This document shows, piece after piece, positions 27,503-36,716 of a stretch of 64,000 nucleotides of DNA. This DNA comes from Candidatus Omnitrophota bacterium. GTDB taxonomy: Bacteria; Omnitrophota; Gorgyraeia; VGKH01; JBHPFN01. Where the stretch lies: positions 507 to 64,506 of the forward strand of contig JBHPFN010000004.1 of the NCBI GenBank assembly GCA_042571725.1, read 5' to 3'. Every line of letters begins with the position of its first letter. Position 1 is the first letter of the stretch. The notes beneath the pieces were generated by a model, which saw only the letters and a program-made list of their open reading frames with translations, was not told where the DNA came from and searched no databases. The translations under genes were made by a program, and so were the position numbers.

Positions 27503-27732
27503 TTCCTGGCGCAAAAGCCTTTGGTAGAGAGCGTATTAAGATAATAGTTGCTATGTTATGTAGTTTGTGTTATAACTTACACGCTTGGCCCATTTAGGCA
27601 AAAACTTCATGGGAAGCGCTTGCTTTTTAGTGAAAAGTATGTTACACTTTAAATGCCGACGTTAAATTAACGGTATGTCGGCACTGTTCGCCAGTCATTG
27701 AGACAGAGGCGAACCGGAAGGAAATAAAGCTA

Positions 27733-28062
27733 ATGCATGCTCAAGATTTACGATCAAATGTACGTTATGGCTGTACAGTTCCTATCATGTGCCGCCGTGG
27801 TACTGCCTTCGAGCATGGTCAGACCAGAGACATTTCAGAGAACGGCATTGGGTTAATCTCTCAGAAGTTTATCCCGAAGAATTCAAAACTTATCTTAGAG
27901 ATTGCCCTTGCTCCAGCCACGGAGCCTCTGATGGCGTTGGGAAAGGTTAAATGGGTTGAGAAAATGGGTTATTCAGAGATGTATCGGCTTGGGCTTCAAT
28001 TCGAGAACCTCTCTGTAGATACCCAGAAACGCCTTTCCAAGTTCTTCAGGGGTACAGTATAA
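27733..28062 (+). CDS. PilZ domain protein (c-di-GMP receptor-type)
   Basis: RSNVR (RxxxR) and DISENG (DxSxxG) motifs. 109 aa single domain. Confidence 0.7.
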   Translation: MHAQDLRSNVRYGCTVPIMCRRGTAFEHGQTRDISENGIGLISQKFIPKNSKLILEIALAPATEPLMALGKVKWVEKMGYSEMYRLGLQFENLSVDTQKRLSKFFRGTV

Positions 28063-28160
28063 CTCACCAATCACTACTGAAAGCCTGAGTTTTTCGACAC
28101 GAAAGAAGGTATGTGTACATCTCTATGTACGCATCGGGTCATCCATAAGGAGTGATCGAA

Positions 28161-28541
28161 ATGGAAGACAAAAGAGTTTTAAACCGGTGGCCTATCACCT
28201 TTACTGCTCAGTACTTCACCGAGAAAGACGCTGATACACAAACCCAGACAACCTGTACGTGTAAGAATATCAACAACAAAGGAATTTGTCTCTGCGTCGA
28301 TCGAGAGCTCCCGAAAGATTCCTACCTTGACGTAAACCTTATGCTGCGGGATTATGGTTCTGTGCCTGCGCGCTGCCGGGTTATCTGGCAGAGGAAGGTT
28401 GAGAGGGAAGGGGAGTCGCACTTTTTAACCGGACTTCGCTTCACCCGTATCAGCGACGAATACAAGGAGCGGATCTTCGAGTGTATCTATAGAAATATGC
28501 GTGAAGAACTACTGCAGCACTGGTGGAAGGGCATCGGGTAA
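28161..28541 (+). CDS. PilZ domain protein (second, divergent)
   Basis: RVLNR (RxxxR) and NINNKG in place of DxSxxG. ATG 28161 is preferred over the track's GTG 28152 because AAGGAG at 28147-28152 sits 8 nt upstream. Confidence 0.55.
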   Translation: MEDKRVLNRWPITFTAQYFTEKDADTQTQTTCTCKNINNKGICLCVDRELPKDSYLDVNLMLRDYGSVPARCRVIWQRKVEREGESHFLTGLRFTRISDEYKERIFECIYRNMREELLQHWWKGIG

Positions 28542-28674
28542 TAACCCTGCCGTATTGTAAAGCAAAAGCCTTTCTGGAAATTCCGCACAATAATTTCTTG
28601 ACCCTCTTTTTTTTCTATGTTACACTAAAAATCTAGTTTTCCCCGTAAACAGATAAAAATCCGATAGGAGCTAT

Positions 28675-31107
28675 ATGAGCAAAAAAACTTACGGACACTT
28701 CTCAAAAGACGGCCTCGAGTACATCATAACCCGGCCTGATACCCCCCGTCCGTGGATTAACTATCTTACCAATGATTCATACTGCGCGATTATTTCTCAG
28801 TGTGCGGGTGGATACAGTTTCTATAAGGATTGTCGGGCGTACCGCGTGTTGCGTTGGTTGCCAGAGAATTGGCACTTCGACCGACCCGGACGATACATAT
28901 ACGCAAAGGAAAAAGGGATATCTAACCTGTGGTCCCTTACGTATCAACCTACCAGAGTAAAACCTACCTTTTTCCAAGCGCGCCACGGATTAGGCTATAC
29001 GGTAATTGAAACAGAAAATCACGGCATACATTCCCAAATTACCTATTTTGTCCCGAATAACGCCGATTGCGAAATCTGGCTGGTTAAACTTACCAATAAA
29101 ACAGCAAGGAAACGGAATTTAGAGCTCTATCCGTACGCGGAATGGTTGATAGGTGATTATCATGAAGAGTTGCGCTACCGTAACATCTTGAATCTTTACA
29201 ACCGCGTGTGGTTTGATAAGGTACATAAGGCTATTTTTGCCAAGAAGACCGCTACCTGGAAAGACATGGGTATCCAGCCGTTCGATTCCTTGGCATTTAT
29301 GGGTTCTTCGCTGCCGGTAAAGGCAAGTGTTACTCGCAAAGGTGCGTTTTTAGGACAGTACAACACCGAAGAAAGACCCCAGATGCTCACACAGGATACA
29401 TTCAAGAATGTACCGTTTTGTTCAGGGGAGGACGGAATCGCCTGCTTCAAGCACGATGTTACCTTAAAGGCAAAGGCGACAAAAGAGTTTGTGATTGTTT
29501 TAGGGCAGACCGATAGCGTTCCTAAGATAAATAAGTTTCTGACTAAATTCCGAAAGATTTCTCAGACCAAGGAAGAGCTTAGGAAAACAAAGGACCTCTG
29601 GAAGAAACGAGTCGTAGATAACATTCACATTGAGACCCCTGATAAAGATTTCAATACTTTGATGAATACGTGGGTGAAATATCAGCTCTATATCTGTAAT
29701 ACCTGGAGCCGTTCGCCATCGTATTATCACGAAGGCTCAGGTGGAAGAGGCTATCGCGATTCCTGCCAGGATTCTGAGAGTATTGCCTCAATCAATCCTC
29801 TCTTTACCCGCGCGAGGATTTTAACCCTGGCTTCCTTGATTAGAAAAGACGGCACCTCAGCACCGGGTTGGTCTGATACCAGCGGTGCGGCGAAACACCG
29901 GCCAAATAAAGATCATCAGATCTGGTTGGCGGTAACGGTTGCTTCCTATATAAAGGAGACGGGCGATAAGGACATCCTTTTAGAGTATGCACCATATCTT
30001 AAGGATAATTGGATAAATGGTTGGGAGAAAGATTCAGATTACAAAGGCGGCTCGGCTACTGACGGAGAGGGCACGGTATTTGAACATCTGGAGCGCAATC
30101 TTAATTTTACCTTTAATGATGTGGGGCAGCGGGGCCTGCCGTTAATAGGCCATGCGGATTGGAATGATGCTATTGATTCGGCCGGAATTCGTTTAAAAGG
30201 TGAGAGCGTGTGGCTTGCGCAGGCACTGGTTCGGGCCTTAAAGGTTTTAGCAGAATTGGCTGAGCTTATCGGGCAACAAGAAAAGAAGCGGGAGTACCTG
30301 CATAAAGCCCAGACTATGACCGAACGCATCAACGGCGTCGGGTGGGACGGTGCATGGTACCGGCGAGGATTTACCGATAATGGTTCGGTGTACGGCAGCA
30401 AGAGCAATAAGGAAGGTAAGATCTATTTGAATGCCCAGTCCTGGGCAGTGCTCTCCGGCGTAGCTGAAGGTGAGAGGCTTAAGAAGGTAATTAAATCCGT
30501 GGATAAACATCTCGACGGGCCACACGGGCTGGCGCTGTTTCATCCGGCATATAGTAACTTTCAGCCGGAATTAGGACGTATCAGCATGTTTTCGGAAGGG
30601 ACAAAGGAGAACGCAGCGGTGTTTTGTCATGCTGCACATTTTATGGTGGTGGCGTATTGCATGGCTGGCTGCGGCAATCGTGCATACGAGTCATTAAAAA
30701 AGATCATGCCTAACGCACAGCCCGATTATGATCTGTATGCCACCGAGCCGTATGCGTATGCCGAATACTTAGTAGGGCCGCAGCATCCTTACCTTTATGG
30801 CCTGGGCGCATTTACCTGGATTACAGGCACCGCAGGCTGGGGGTTTATGGCTGCGACCCAGTGGTTGTTAGGAGTACGTGCTGATTATAATGGATTAATC
30901 GTCGATCCCTGCATACCAAGTCATTGGAAAAAATGTTTTGTCAAACGTGAATTTAGAGGTGCGGTCTACGAGATTTCCATAGAAAATCCGCGCGGCGTGC
31001 AACATGGTGTGCGAGAAGTAGTTGTTGACGGAAAAAGCATTGTAGGAAATCTCGTTGAACCGTTTAATGACGGAAAGGCCCATAAGGTTAAGGTGGTTTT
31101 AGGCTAA
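28675..31107 (+). CDS. GH94-like glycoside phosphorylase (cellobiose/cellodextrin/chitobiose phosphorylase family)
   Basis: 810 aa. RGYRDSCQDSE and GHADWNDA motifs and a size typical of GH94. Confidence 0.6.
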   Translation: MSKKTYGHFSKDGLEYIITRPDTPRPWINYLTNDSYCAIISQCAGGYSFYKDCRAYRVLRWLPENWHFDRPGRYIYAKEKGISNLWSLTYQPTRVKPTFFQARHGLGYTVIETENHGIHSQITYFVPNNADCEIWLVKLTNKTARKRNLELYPYAEWLIGDYHEELRYRNILNLYNRVWFDKVHKAIFAKKTATWKDMGIQPFDSLAFMGSSLPVKASVTRKGAFLGQYNTEERPQMLTQDTFKNVPFCSGEDGIACFKHDVTLKAKATKEFVIVLGQTDSVPKINKFLTKFRKISQTKEELRKTKDLWKKRVVDNIHIETPDKDFNTLMNTWVKYQLYICNTWSRSPSYYHEGSGGRGYRDSCQDSESIASINPLFTRARILTLASLIRKDGTSAPGWSDTSGAAKHRPNKDHQIWLAVTVASYIKETGDKDILLEYAPYLKDNWINGWEKDSDYKGGSATDGEGTVFEHLERNLNFTFNDVGQRGLPLIGHADWNDAIDSAGIRLKGESVWLAQALVRALKVLAELAELIGQQEKKREYLHKAQTMTERINGVGWDGAWYRRGFTDNGSVYGSKSNKEGKIYLNAQSWAVLSGVAEGERLKKVIKSVDKHLDGPHGLALFHPAYSNFQPELGRISMFSEGTKENAAVFCHAAHFMVVAYCMAGCGNRAYESLKKIMPNAQPDYDLYATEPYAYAEYLVGPQHPYLYGLGAFTWITGTAGWGFMAATQWLLGVRADYNGLIVDPCIPSHWKKCFVKREFRGAVYEISIENPRGVQHGVREVVVDGKSIVGNLVEPFNDGKAHKVKVVLG

Positions 31108-31230
31108 ATTTCCTATTTAAGCGCTTTCTTAGCGCAATCCTGCGTAACTTATTTTATTGTAATAATTACTGGCAAAATCTTCAAAAATATGCTATACTAT
31201 AGGTACATTAGAATCATAAAATAGAAATTC

Positions 31231-31258
31231 AAAAGGGTCAGAGGTTGACCCTTTTTTA
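31231..31258 (+). terminator. Intrinsic terminator downstream of the phosphorylase gene
   Basis: aaaagggtca (31231-40) pairs perfectly with tgaccctttt (31246-55), 5-nt loop, T-run follows. Confidence 0.6.
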
Positions 31259-31468
31259 TTGGATAGATTTTAAACTATTTGAAAAAGAATGTAACTATGA
31301 AGCCAAGAAGACAAGCAGAGAGCGATTGGTTTACGCAGATTACTGCAGATGAAACAATGCAGGAGATTACTGATATCTGCGATCAACTGTTTATGCAGTC
31401 TGTGTCTATCTGCGTAAGGATGAGTCAGCTTAGTATGTTAAACAAACAAAAGCCTTGGAGGCGCAAGG

Positions 31469-31861
31469 ATGTTTAGGCTAGCTAAAATGACTGGGTTGTA
31501 TGTTATTATTGTTTTTGTTTTGAGTTTTGTTTTTAATTGTCTTGTTATAGGGATTGAATGTGTTGATGAATGGTTTGAAACCAATGGAATTCATGTTCCG
31601 GCAGAGGTTATTGAGATCAAAGACAAAAAGGAACTTAAAGGAAAGAGCGAGCACCTATGTCCAAATTGCACAAGATACGTTGAAATCGAGTCTTTGAAGC
31701 TTGGAGACGCTATTTCAGTTTTCAATAATAAAAAGTTGACGCAATCCAAGATTACCCGTATAATGGAAAATACGTCTTCTGTGACAGTGCACAACTTAGA
31801 AGTAGATGGCGCACACCACAAGACAGCGCCGCAAGACACAGCAAAGAAGCAGCTCTGCTAG
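31469..31861 (+). CDS. Hypothetical small membrane-anchored protein with a Hint-like C-terminal motif
   Basis: N-terminal hydrophobic helix. LKLGDAISVF...VTVHNLEVDGAHH is reminiscent of Hint/intein terminal blocks. Weak. Confidence 0.3.
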   Translation: MFRLAKMTGLYVIIVFVLSFVFNCLVIGIECVDEWFETNGIHVPAEVIEIKDKKELKGKSEHLCPNCTRYVEIESLKLGDAISVFNNKKLTQSKITRIMENTSSVTVHNLEVDGAHHKTAPQDTAKKQLC

Positions 31862-32000
31862 GTATGGCGGTCAGCGTAGATAACATTATAGCGGGTAAGC
31901 TATTCAGTTTTATAACCTATTAAAAAAACTCCTTTTTTAAAAACATACTAAAGTAGTATTTTAGTATAGCAAGGTGGATTTATTTATTCGAGGGGATGGA

Positions 32001-33293
32001 ATGAAAAAAGCATTACTATACGGATTAGTGCTGGGCGTATTCTTCTTCAGTGGCTGCGTTGAGCAAGCACAGGATGGAGAGAAAACCTTAACCGCGTGGC
32101 ACTGGATGACCGACCGAGACGAGGCATTCCAGGAATTAGCCAAGCAATACGAGGAACAAACCGGAATAAAAGTCAATTTTGAACTTTTTGCCCCTTCTGA
32201 CATTTATACCCAGAAGGTGCGCGCTGCTGCCCAGGGCATGAACCTCCCGGATATTTACGGAATCTTAGCGGAGAAGCGCGATTTTTCTTCCTTTATTAAA
32301 GCCGGGCATGTGCTGGAGCTGACTCCTTATATGGAGGAAGCAGAATATGAATGGCAGAAGACGTTCTTTCCTAAGGCCCTGGAGGTGAATAGATTTGAGC
32401 CGGACAATAGTTACGGCATAAACCCAGGGATTTACGGGGTGCCTCTGGATGTAGTGACTATCCAGATGGTTTACAACAAAAAATTATTTTCTGAGTTAGG
32501 GCTTGATCCCGAGAGGCCTCCGCAGACATTTGGGGAATTGCTTGATATTGGTAAGAAAATCAAGGCCGCGAAAATGCTGGGGTTAGTTTCCGGGTGGGGC
32601 GAGATTTGGATGATTGACTGTTTTGCCAATAATTACGCCTTTAATATTATGGGTAGAGATAAGGTCTTGGCTACCATTAGAGGAGAGGTTTCTTATACTG
32701 ATCCGGATTGGGTGCGCGTGCTTGAGCTTTTTCAACAGATGCAAGAAGCCGGTGTTCTGGCAGGCGGATTGGTGACGATGATTAATAAGGTTGCTGAGCA
32801 GCATTTTGCCAATGACCGCGCGGTATTCGGCTTTAACGGCTCCTGGTGCGTGAATGTATTTAAGGGGATGAATCCCGGTCTGGAATACGGGGCAATGCTT
32901 CCACCTAAGGCTTCTGACGAATATCCTCGGTCTATCTGGGGAGGGGCGGGTTCTTCTTTTATGGTAAACGCGCGTTCGCGCAATATAGATGAAGTAATAA
33001 AATTTCTGAAGTGGTTGACGGGCAAGGACCAGCAGGCATTTCTTGCTCAGGCGACCAATAACCTGCCTTCAAACAGAGAGAGCTTGAGCGAAATCTCCGG
33101 GATGCTGCAGCAGTTTGCCGACGATATGGATAATACCACCCATCCTAATACCTGGGAGATTTCGGAGTTTCCGGCAGTCATTGAAGCGTTTGATAAAGGC
33201 ATTCAGTCGATCATTATCGGTGAGAAAACTCCTCAACAGGTTGCCTCCGAGGTACAAAAGATAAAGGAACGCGAACTGTCACGCAGGAAATAA
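32001..33293 (+). CDS. ABC sugar transporter, extracellular solute-binding lipoprotein
   Basis: MKKALLYGLVLGVFFFSGC lipobox. Family-1 SBP-like sequence. Start moved to ATG 32001 (the track's GTG 31974 adds 9 non-signal residues). Confidence 0.7.
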   Translation: MKKALLYGLVLGVFFFSGCVEQAQDGEKTLTAWHWMTDRDEAFQELAKQYEEQTGIKVNFELFAPSDIYTQKVRAAAQGMNLPDIYGILAEKRDFSSFIKAGHVLELTPYMEEAEYEWQKTFFPKALEVNRFEPDNSYGINPGIYGVPLDVVTIQMVYNKKLFSELGLDPERPPQTFGELLDIGKKIKAAKMLGLVSGWGEIWMIDCFANNYAFNIMGRDKVLATIRGEVSYTDPDWVRVLELFQQMQEAGVLAGGLVTMINKVAEQHFANDRAVFGFNGSWCVNVFKGMNPGLEYGAMLPPKASDEYPRSIWGGAGSSFMVNARSRNIDEVIKFLKWLTGKDQQAFLAQATNNLPSNRESLSEISGMLQQFADDMDNTTHPNTWEISEFPAVIEAFDKGIQSIIIGEKTPQQVASEVQKIKERELSRRK

Positions 33294-33296
33294 CGT

Positions 33297-34190
33297 ATGG
33301 TACCGTTTACGAGAATTAAATCAACACTAGAAAATTACTTTTTCGTACTGCCCGCAGTCACTATCTTTGCCATATTTTATATCATACCTTTTGTATGGGT
33401 ATTTAGATTGGGGCTCTATGATTGGGATGGGATTATGCCTACTAAGGCATTCGTGGGCTTAAGCAATTTTAAAGAGATACTTTTCCATGATAAAATCTGG
33501 TGGCAGTCTATGTTTAATGCCGGCTATATTACTTTCATCGCGCTGACCTTCCAGAATGCCTTGGCGTTTTTACTGGCCTTGGCCTGCGACCGGGAGATAA
33601 GGCTAAAGAATTTTTACCGGGTGATATTTTTTATCCCGCCGGTTTTATCCGCAATAGTCGTGGGGCTCGTATGGCAGTGGATTTTAGACGGAAATTACGG
33701 GATCCTTAATCATTGGCTGGTGAGTATGGGCTTTCCTCATTTAGCTAAGAATTGGCTCTCTGATCCTAAAACAGCACTTACAACCGTGGCATTGGTGCAT
33801 TCCTGGAAGGGATTTGGGTGGGGGTTCTTGATATTTCTTGCCGGCTTACAAACTATTCCGCGCGAACTCTATGAAGCAGCGCGCGTTGACGGCGCGAATT
33901 CCTGGTGTCGCTTTATCAGGATTACCATTCCCTTGATGATACCCGTGGCAGTGTTGGTGGGGATCCTTACGGTGCTCGGGACAATGCAGGCATTCGTTCT
34001 TATTATTTCTATGACCGAAGGAGGCCCGGCATATCATACTCAGGTTCCTATGTTAAGGATACTGGGCTCAATGCTTGGTTCTTCCCGTTTCGGGTATGCC
34101 TGCGCGCAGGGGATTAATTTTGGTTTGGTTCTGGTGATTATATCGTTTATTCAATATCGGTTCTCGCGTAGGGCAAGGGAGATGGTTTAA
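33297..34190 (+). CDS. ABC sugar transporter permease (MalF/UgpA-type)
   Basis: EAA loop YEAARVDGANSWCRFIRITIPL. Six hydrophobic segments. Confidence 0.8.
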   Translation: MVPFTRIKSTLENYFFVLPAVTIFAIFYIIPFVWVFRLGLYDWDGIMPTKAFVGLSNFKEILFHDKIWWQSMFNAGYITFIALTFQNALAFLLALACDREIRLKNFYRVIFFIPPVLSAIVVGLVWQWILDGNYGILNHWLVSMGFPHLAKNWLSDPKTALTTVALVHSWKGFGWGFLIFLAGLQTIPRELYEAARVDGANSWCRFIRITIPLMIPVAVLVGILTVLGTMQAFVLIISMTEGGPAYHTQVPMLRILGSMLGSSRFGYACAQGINFGLVLVIISFIQYRFSRRAREMV

Positions 34191-34262
34191 GGGCGGCACA
34201 CCGAAGGTTCAGCTCTCCGTTTGAACGAAACGGAGAGGAGAAACCCCGGCTCGGAAAAAATT

Positions 34263-35111
34263 ATGAGAATTAACGCATATTACAAAGCTAAGAGGATTGC
34301 GGTTAATACGCCGATACACATATTTCTGTTTGCTGTGGCGATTACGTGTTTATTTCCTTTGGTATGGATGGTCTCATCCAGCCTTAAGACGCAGGAAGTG
34401 ATCTTCAGGAATATGTCGCTTATCCCTGAGGGGTGGCATTTTGAGAATTATTACCGGGCTTGGGTAGAAGGCGGCTTCGGAAGGTATTTTTTAAACAGCT
34501 TATTTTATTCGGTGGCGGTAGTGATCGGCATTGTTATTGTTTCTTCCCTGGCCGCGTATGCGTTTTCGCGCCTGAAGTTTCCGGGGAAAAATATTTTGTT
34601 TATTATGTTCTTGGCGGGAATGATGATTCCTATCCCGGGGAGTTTTGTGGCGTTGTATGTCTTATTGAATAAACTGGGCTTAAGGAATACCGCCTTGGGC
34701 TATATTTTATGTATGATAAACGTGGGGCTCTCCACGAGCATATTTCTCTTAAAAACATTTTTTGATAAGATGCCTAAAGAATTAGAGGATGCCGCGCGCA
34801 TCGACGGGTGTTCAAAGATAGGCACATGGCGCCATGTAGCTCTGCCTCTTGCTAAGCCGGTGCTGGCGGTGGTGGTGGTTTTTAACGCCCTGAATGTCTG
34901 GAACGAATATGTGCTGGCTCTGATAGTATTTGACAGTAAATCCCTGATGCCCCTTCAGCGGGCGTTGATGATGTTTCGGGGAGAGTACATGACGAATTAC
35001 CCGCTTTTAATGGCAGGGCTTACCATAACGGCACTGCCAATAATCATACTGTACCTTCTTATGCAGAAGTATATTGTAAAGGGAGTAACTGCCGGAGCGA
35101 TATACGGATGA
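34263..35111 (+). CDS. ABC sugar transporter permease (MalG/UgpE-type)
   Basis: EDAARIDGCSKIGTWRHVALPLAKP EAA loop. The start is ambiguous (TTG 34221 or ATG 34263). Confidence 0.75.
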   Translation: MRINAYYKAKRIAVNTPIHIFLFAVAITCLFPLVWMVSSSLKTQEVIFRNMSLIPEGWHFENYYRAWVEGGFGRYFLNSLFYSVAVVIGIVIVSSLAAYAFSRLKFPGKNILFIMFLAGMMIPIPGSFVALYVLLNKLGLRNTALGYILCMINVGLSTSIFLLKTFFDKMPKELEDAARIDGCSKIGTWRHVALPLAKPVLAVVVVFNALNVWNEYVLALIVFDSKSLMPLQRALMMFRGEYMTNYPLLMAGLTITALPIIILYLLMQKYIVKGVTAGAIYG

Positions 35112-35164
35112 AAAAACGTTTCATCTAGAAACGTTGTTTTAATTGAAAGGAGAAGCGTTAATCT

Positions 35165-36643
35165 ATGGGAGAACAAACTGTGCAGCCAAAACACCATGTT
35201 ACAGCTCGAGAAGACCGTATCCCCGTTTTTCAAAAAGCCGTATACAGCATAGGCGCACTTGTCAATAGCCTTCAGGCCGCAGCTATTGGGGCGATGGTTA
35301 TTGTTTTGAATCTCGGATTAGGCGTTAATCCCGCTTTAGTCGGCTTCGTCGGATTCATTCCCCGTATTGTCGATGCAATACTTGACCCTCTTGTTGGTTA
35401 TACTTCGGATAACATGCGCACCCGATGGGGTCGCCGCAGGCCTCTTATATTCTTTGGGGCTATTTCTGCAGGAATTTTATATGCATTACTGTTTCAATTA
35501 TATCAGGGCCGTCCCGAAATATTCTATGTTGTTTATTTCTTGGGGATTCAGATTCTCTTTTTCGTCGGATTTACCTGCTATTCTATTCCCTGGATAGCAC
35601 TTGGCTATGAAATGACGCCCGACTATCACGAGCGCACACGTTTGCAGGGGGTCAGCAACTTTGTCGCTCAAATCGCCTGGATTATCGCTCCCTGGATTTT
35701 CAAAATCATGAGTAACAAGACCATGTTTACCGATATTGTTCACGGGGCACGGATTCTGGCGATATTTATCGGCGGCTTTATCATTATCGGCGGTATATTA
35801 CCGGCTATCTTCAACAAAGAGCATTTTGCGGACTTGCCAAGACCAAAGAGAGAAAAGGGCCGTCTGAACACATTAAAAGACTTTCTTAATGGCGTGGCGA
35901 TTACTTTTAAATGTAAACCATTTGTCAAGCTTTGCGCGGCAACATTTTTGATTTTTAACGGGTTCATGCTGGCTTCGGCCTTCTCTGCCTATGTCATTTT
36001 CTTTTATGTGTATGGCGGCTCCGAGAACCTTGATGCCGCTTATTCACAGGGCGGGACATTGCTTGGTTGGTTTGGATCGATCAGTTCGGTATGTACCTTT
36101 TGTGTTATCTTTCTGGTTACATGGATCTCGACCAAGATTGGAAAGCGGAAAACCTTTTTAATCGCTATTAGCCTTTCAATCATCGGTTATGCTTTGAAAT
36201 GGGTAGGGTATAATCCCAATCAGCCATACTTGCTGCTTATTGCGTCGCCATTTATCGCCTTCGGCCTGGGGTCGCTCTTTACGATGGTCAATTCCATGGT
36301 TGCCGATGTTTGCGACCTTGACGAACTTGAGACCGGCACACGCAGAGAAGGTATGTTCGGGGCTATTTACTGGTGGATGGTAAAGCTCGGGCTTGCTGTT
36401 ACATCGCTTATTTCCGGGATCCTCCTTAATGTGAGCGGTTTCAATGTCGAATTAGGCCTTAACCAGACAGCCAGCGCTTTAATGAAGATGAGGATTTTTG
36501 ATATCGGCATCCCGATCGTAACGTCTCTGGCGGCTCTTTTTATCATTATGACTTTCTCGATTACCGAAGATAAGGCCTATCAGATTCGTGCGCAGGTCGA
36601 AAAACAAAGAGAAGAAAGGAAAAAAGGAGAAAGGCGGGGTTAG
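35165..36643 (+). CDS. Glycoside-pentoside-hexuronide (GPH):cation symporter family transporter
   Basis: DPLVGYTSDNMRTRWGRRRPLIFFGA is the classic GPH/MelB loop motif. 12-TM-like profile. Confidence 0.7.
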   Translation: MGEQTVQPKHHVTAREDRIPVFQKAVYSIGALVNSLQAAAIGAMVIVLNLGLGVNPALVGFVGFIPRIVDAILDPLVGYTSDNMRTRWGRRRPLIFFGAISAGILYALLFQLYQGRPEIFYVVYFLGIQILFFVGFTCYSIPWIALGYEMTPDYHERTRLQGVSNFVAQIAWIIAPWIFKIMSNKTMFTDIVHGARILAIFIGGFIIIGGILPAIFNKEHFADLPRPKREKGRLNTLKDFLNGVAITFKCKPFVKLCAATFLIFNGFMLASAFSAYVIFFYVYGGSENLDAAYSQGGTLLGWFGSISSVCTFCVIFLVTWISTKIGKRKTFLIAISLSIIGYALKWVGYNPNQPYLLLIASPFIAFGLGSLFTMVNSMVADVCDLDELETGTRREGMFGAIYWWMVKLGLAVTSLISGILLNVSGFNVELGLNQTASALMKMRIFDIGIPIVTSLAALFIIMTFSITEDKAYQIRAQVEKQREERKKGERRG

Positions 36644-36716
36644 ATATCAAACGCCAAGATAAGTTGTTGTAGAAGTATATCGTTAAAGATATTATCGCAG
36701 AAGCGGTGGAGGGAAG

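Noticed and set aside
2-27502. NRPS/PKS megasynthase
   Set aside because: I see no adenylation, condensation, KS or AT core motifs and no carrier-protein GGxS/DSL sites. The modules are unrelated stand-alone enzyme folds.
2-27502. Giant repeat adhesin or RTX-type protein
   Set aside because: No tandem Ig, cadherin, BIg or nonapeptide GGxGxD repeats. Apart from the junctions the sequence is non-repetitive.
2-27502. Assembly chimera created by collapsing on the repeat
   Set aside because: The frame is preserved across every one of about 20 junctions, and the junction copies differ by point substitutions. A misassembly across repeats would not be expected to maintain one frame over 27 kb. It still deserves long-read confirmation.
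27654-27683. Hairpin tgccgac...gtcggca downstream of the giant ORF as a terminator
   Set aside because: A 7-bp stem with a 16-nt loop and no following T-run. Not convincing as an intrinsic terminator.
31193-31258. Extended -10-like element (tgcTATACT) followed about 35 nt later by the strong terminator, suggesting a tiny sRNA
   Set aside because: There is no -35 element and no conservation evidence. The terminator is more simply explained as belonging to the upstream phosphorylase gene.
31279-31476. 65-aa ORF between the phosphorylase gene and the Hint-like ORF
   Set aside because: No RBS, no motif and an odd composition. It cannot be supported.
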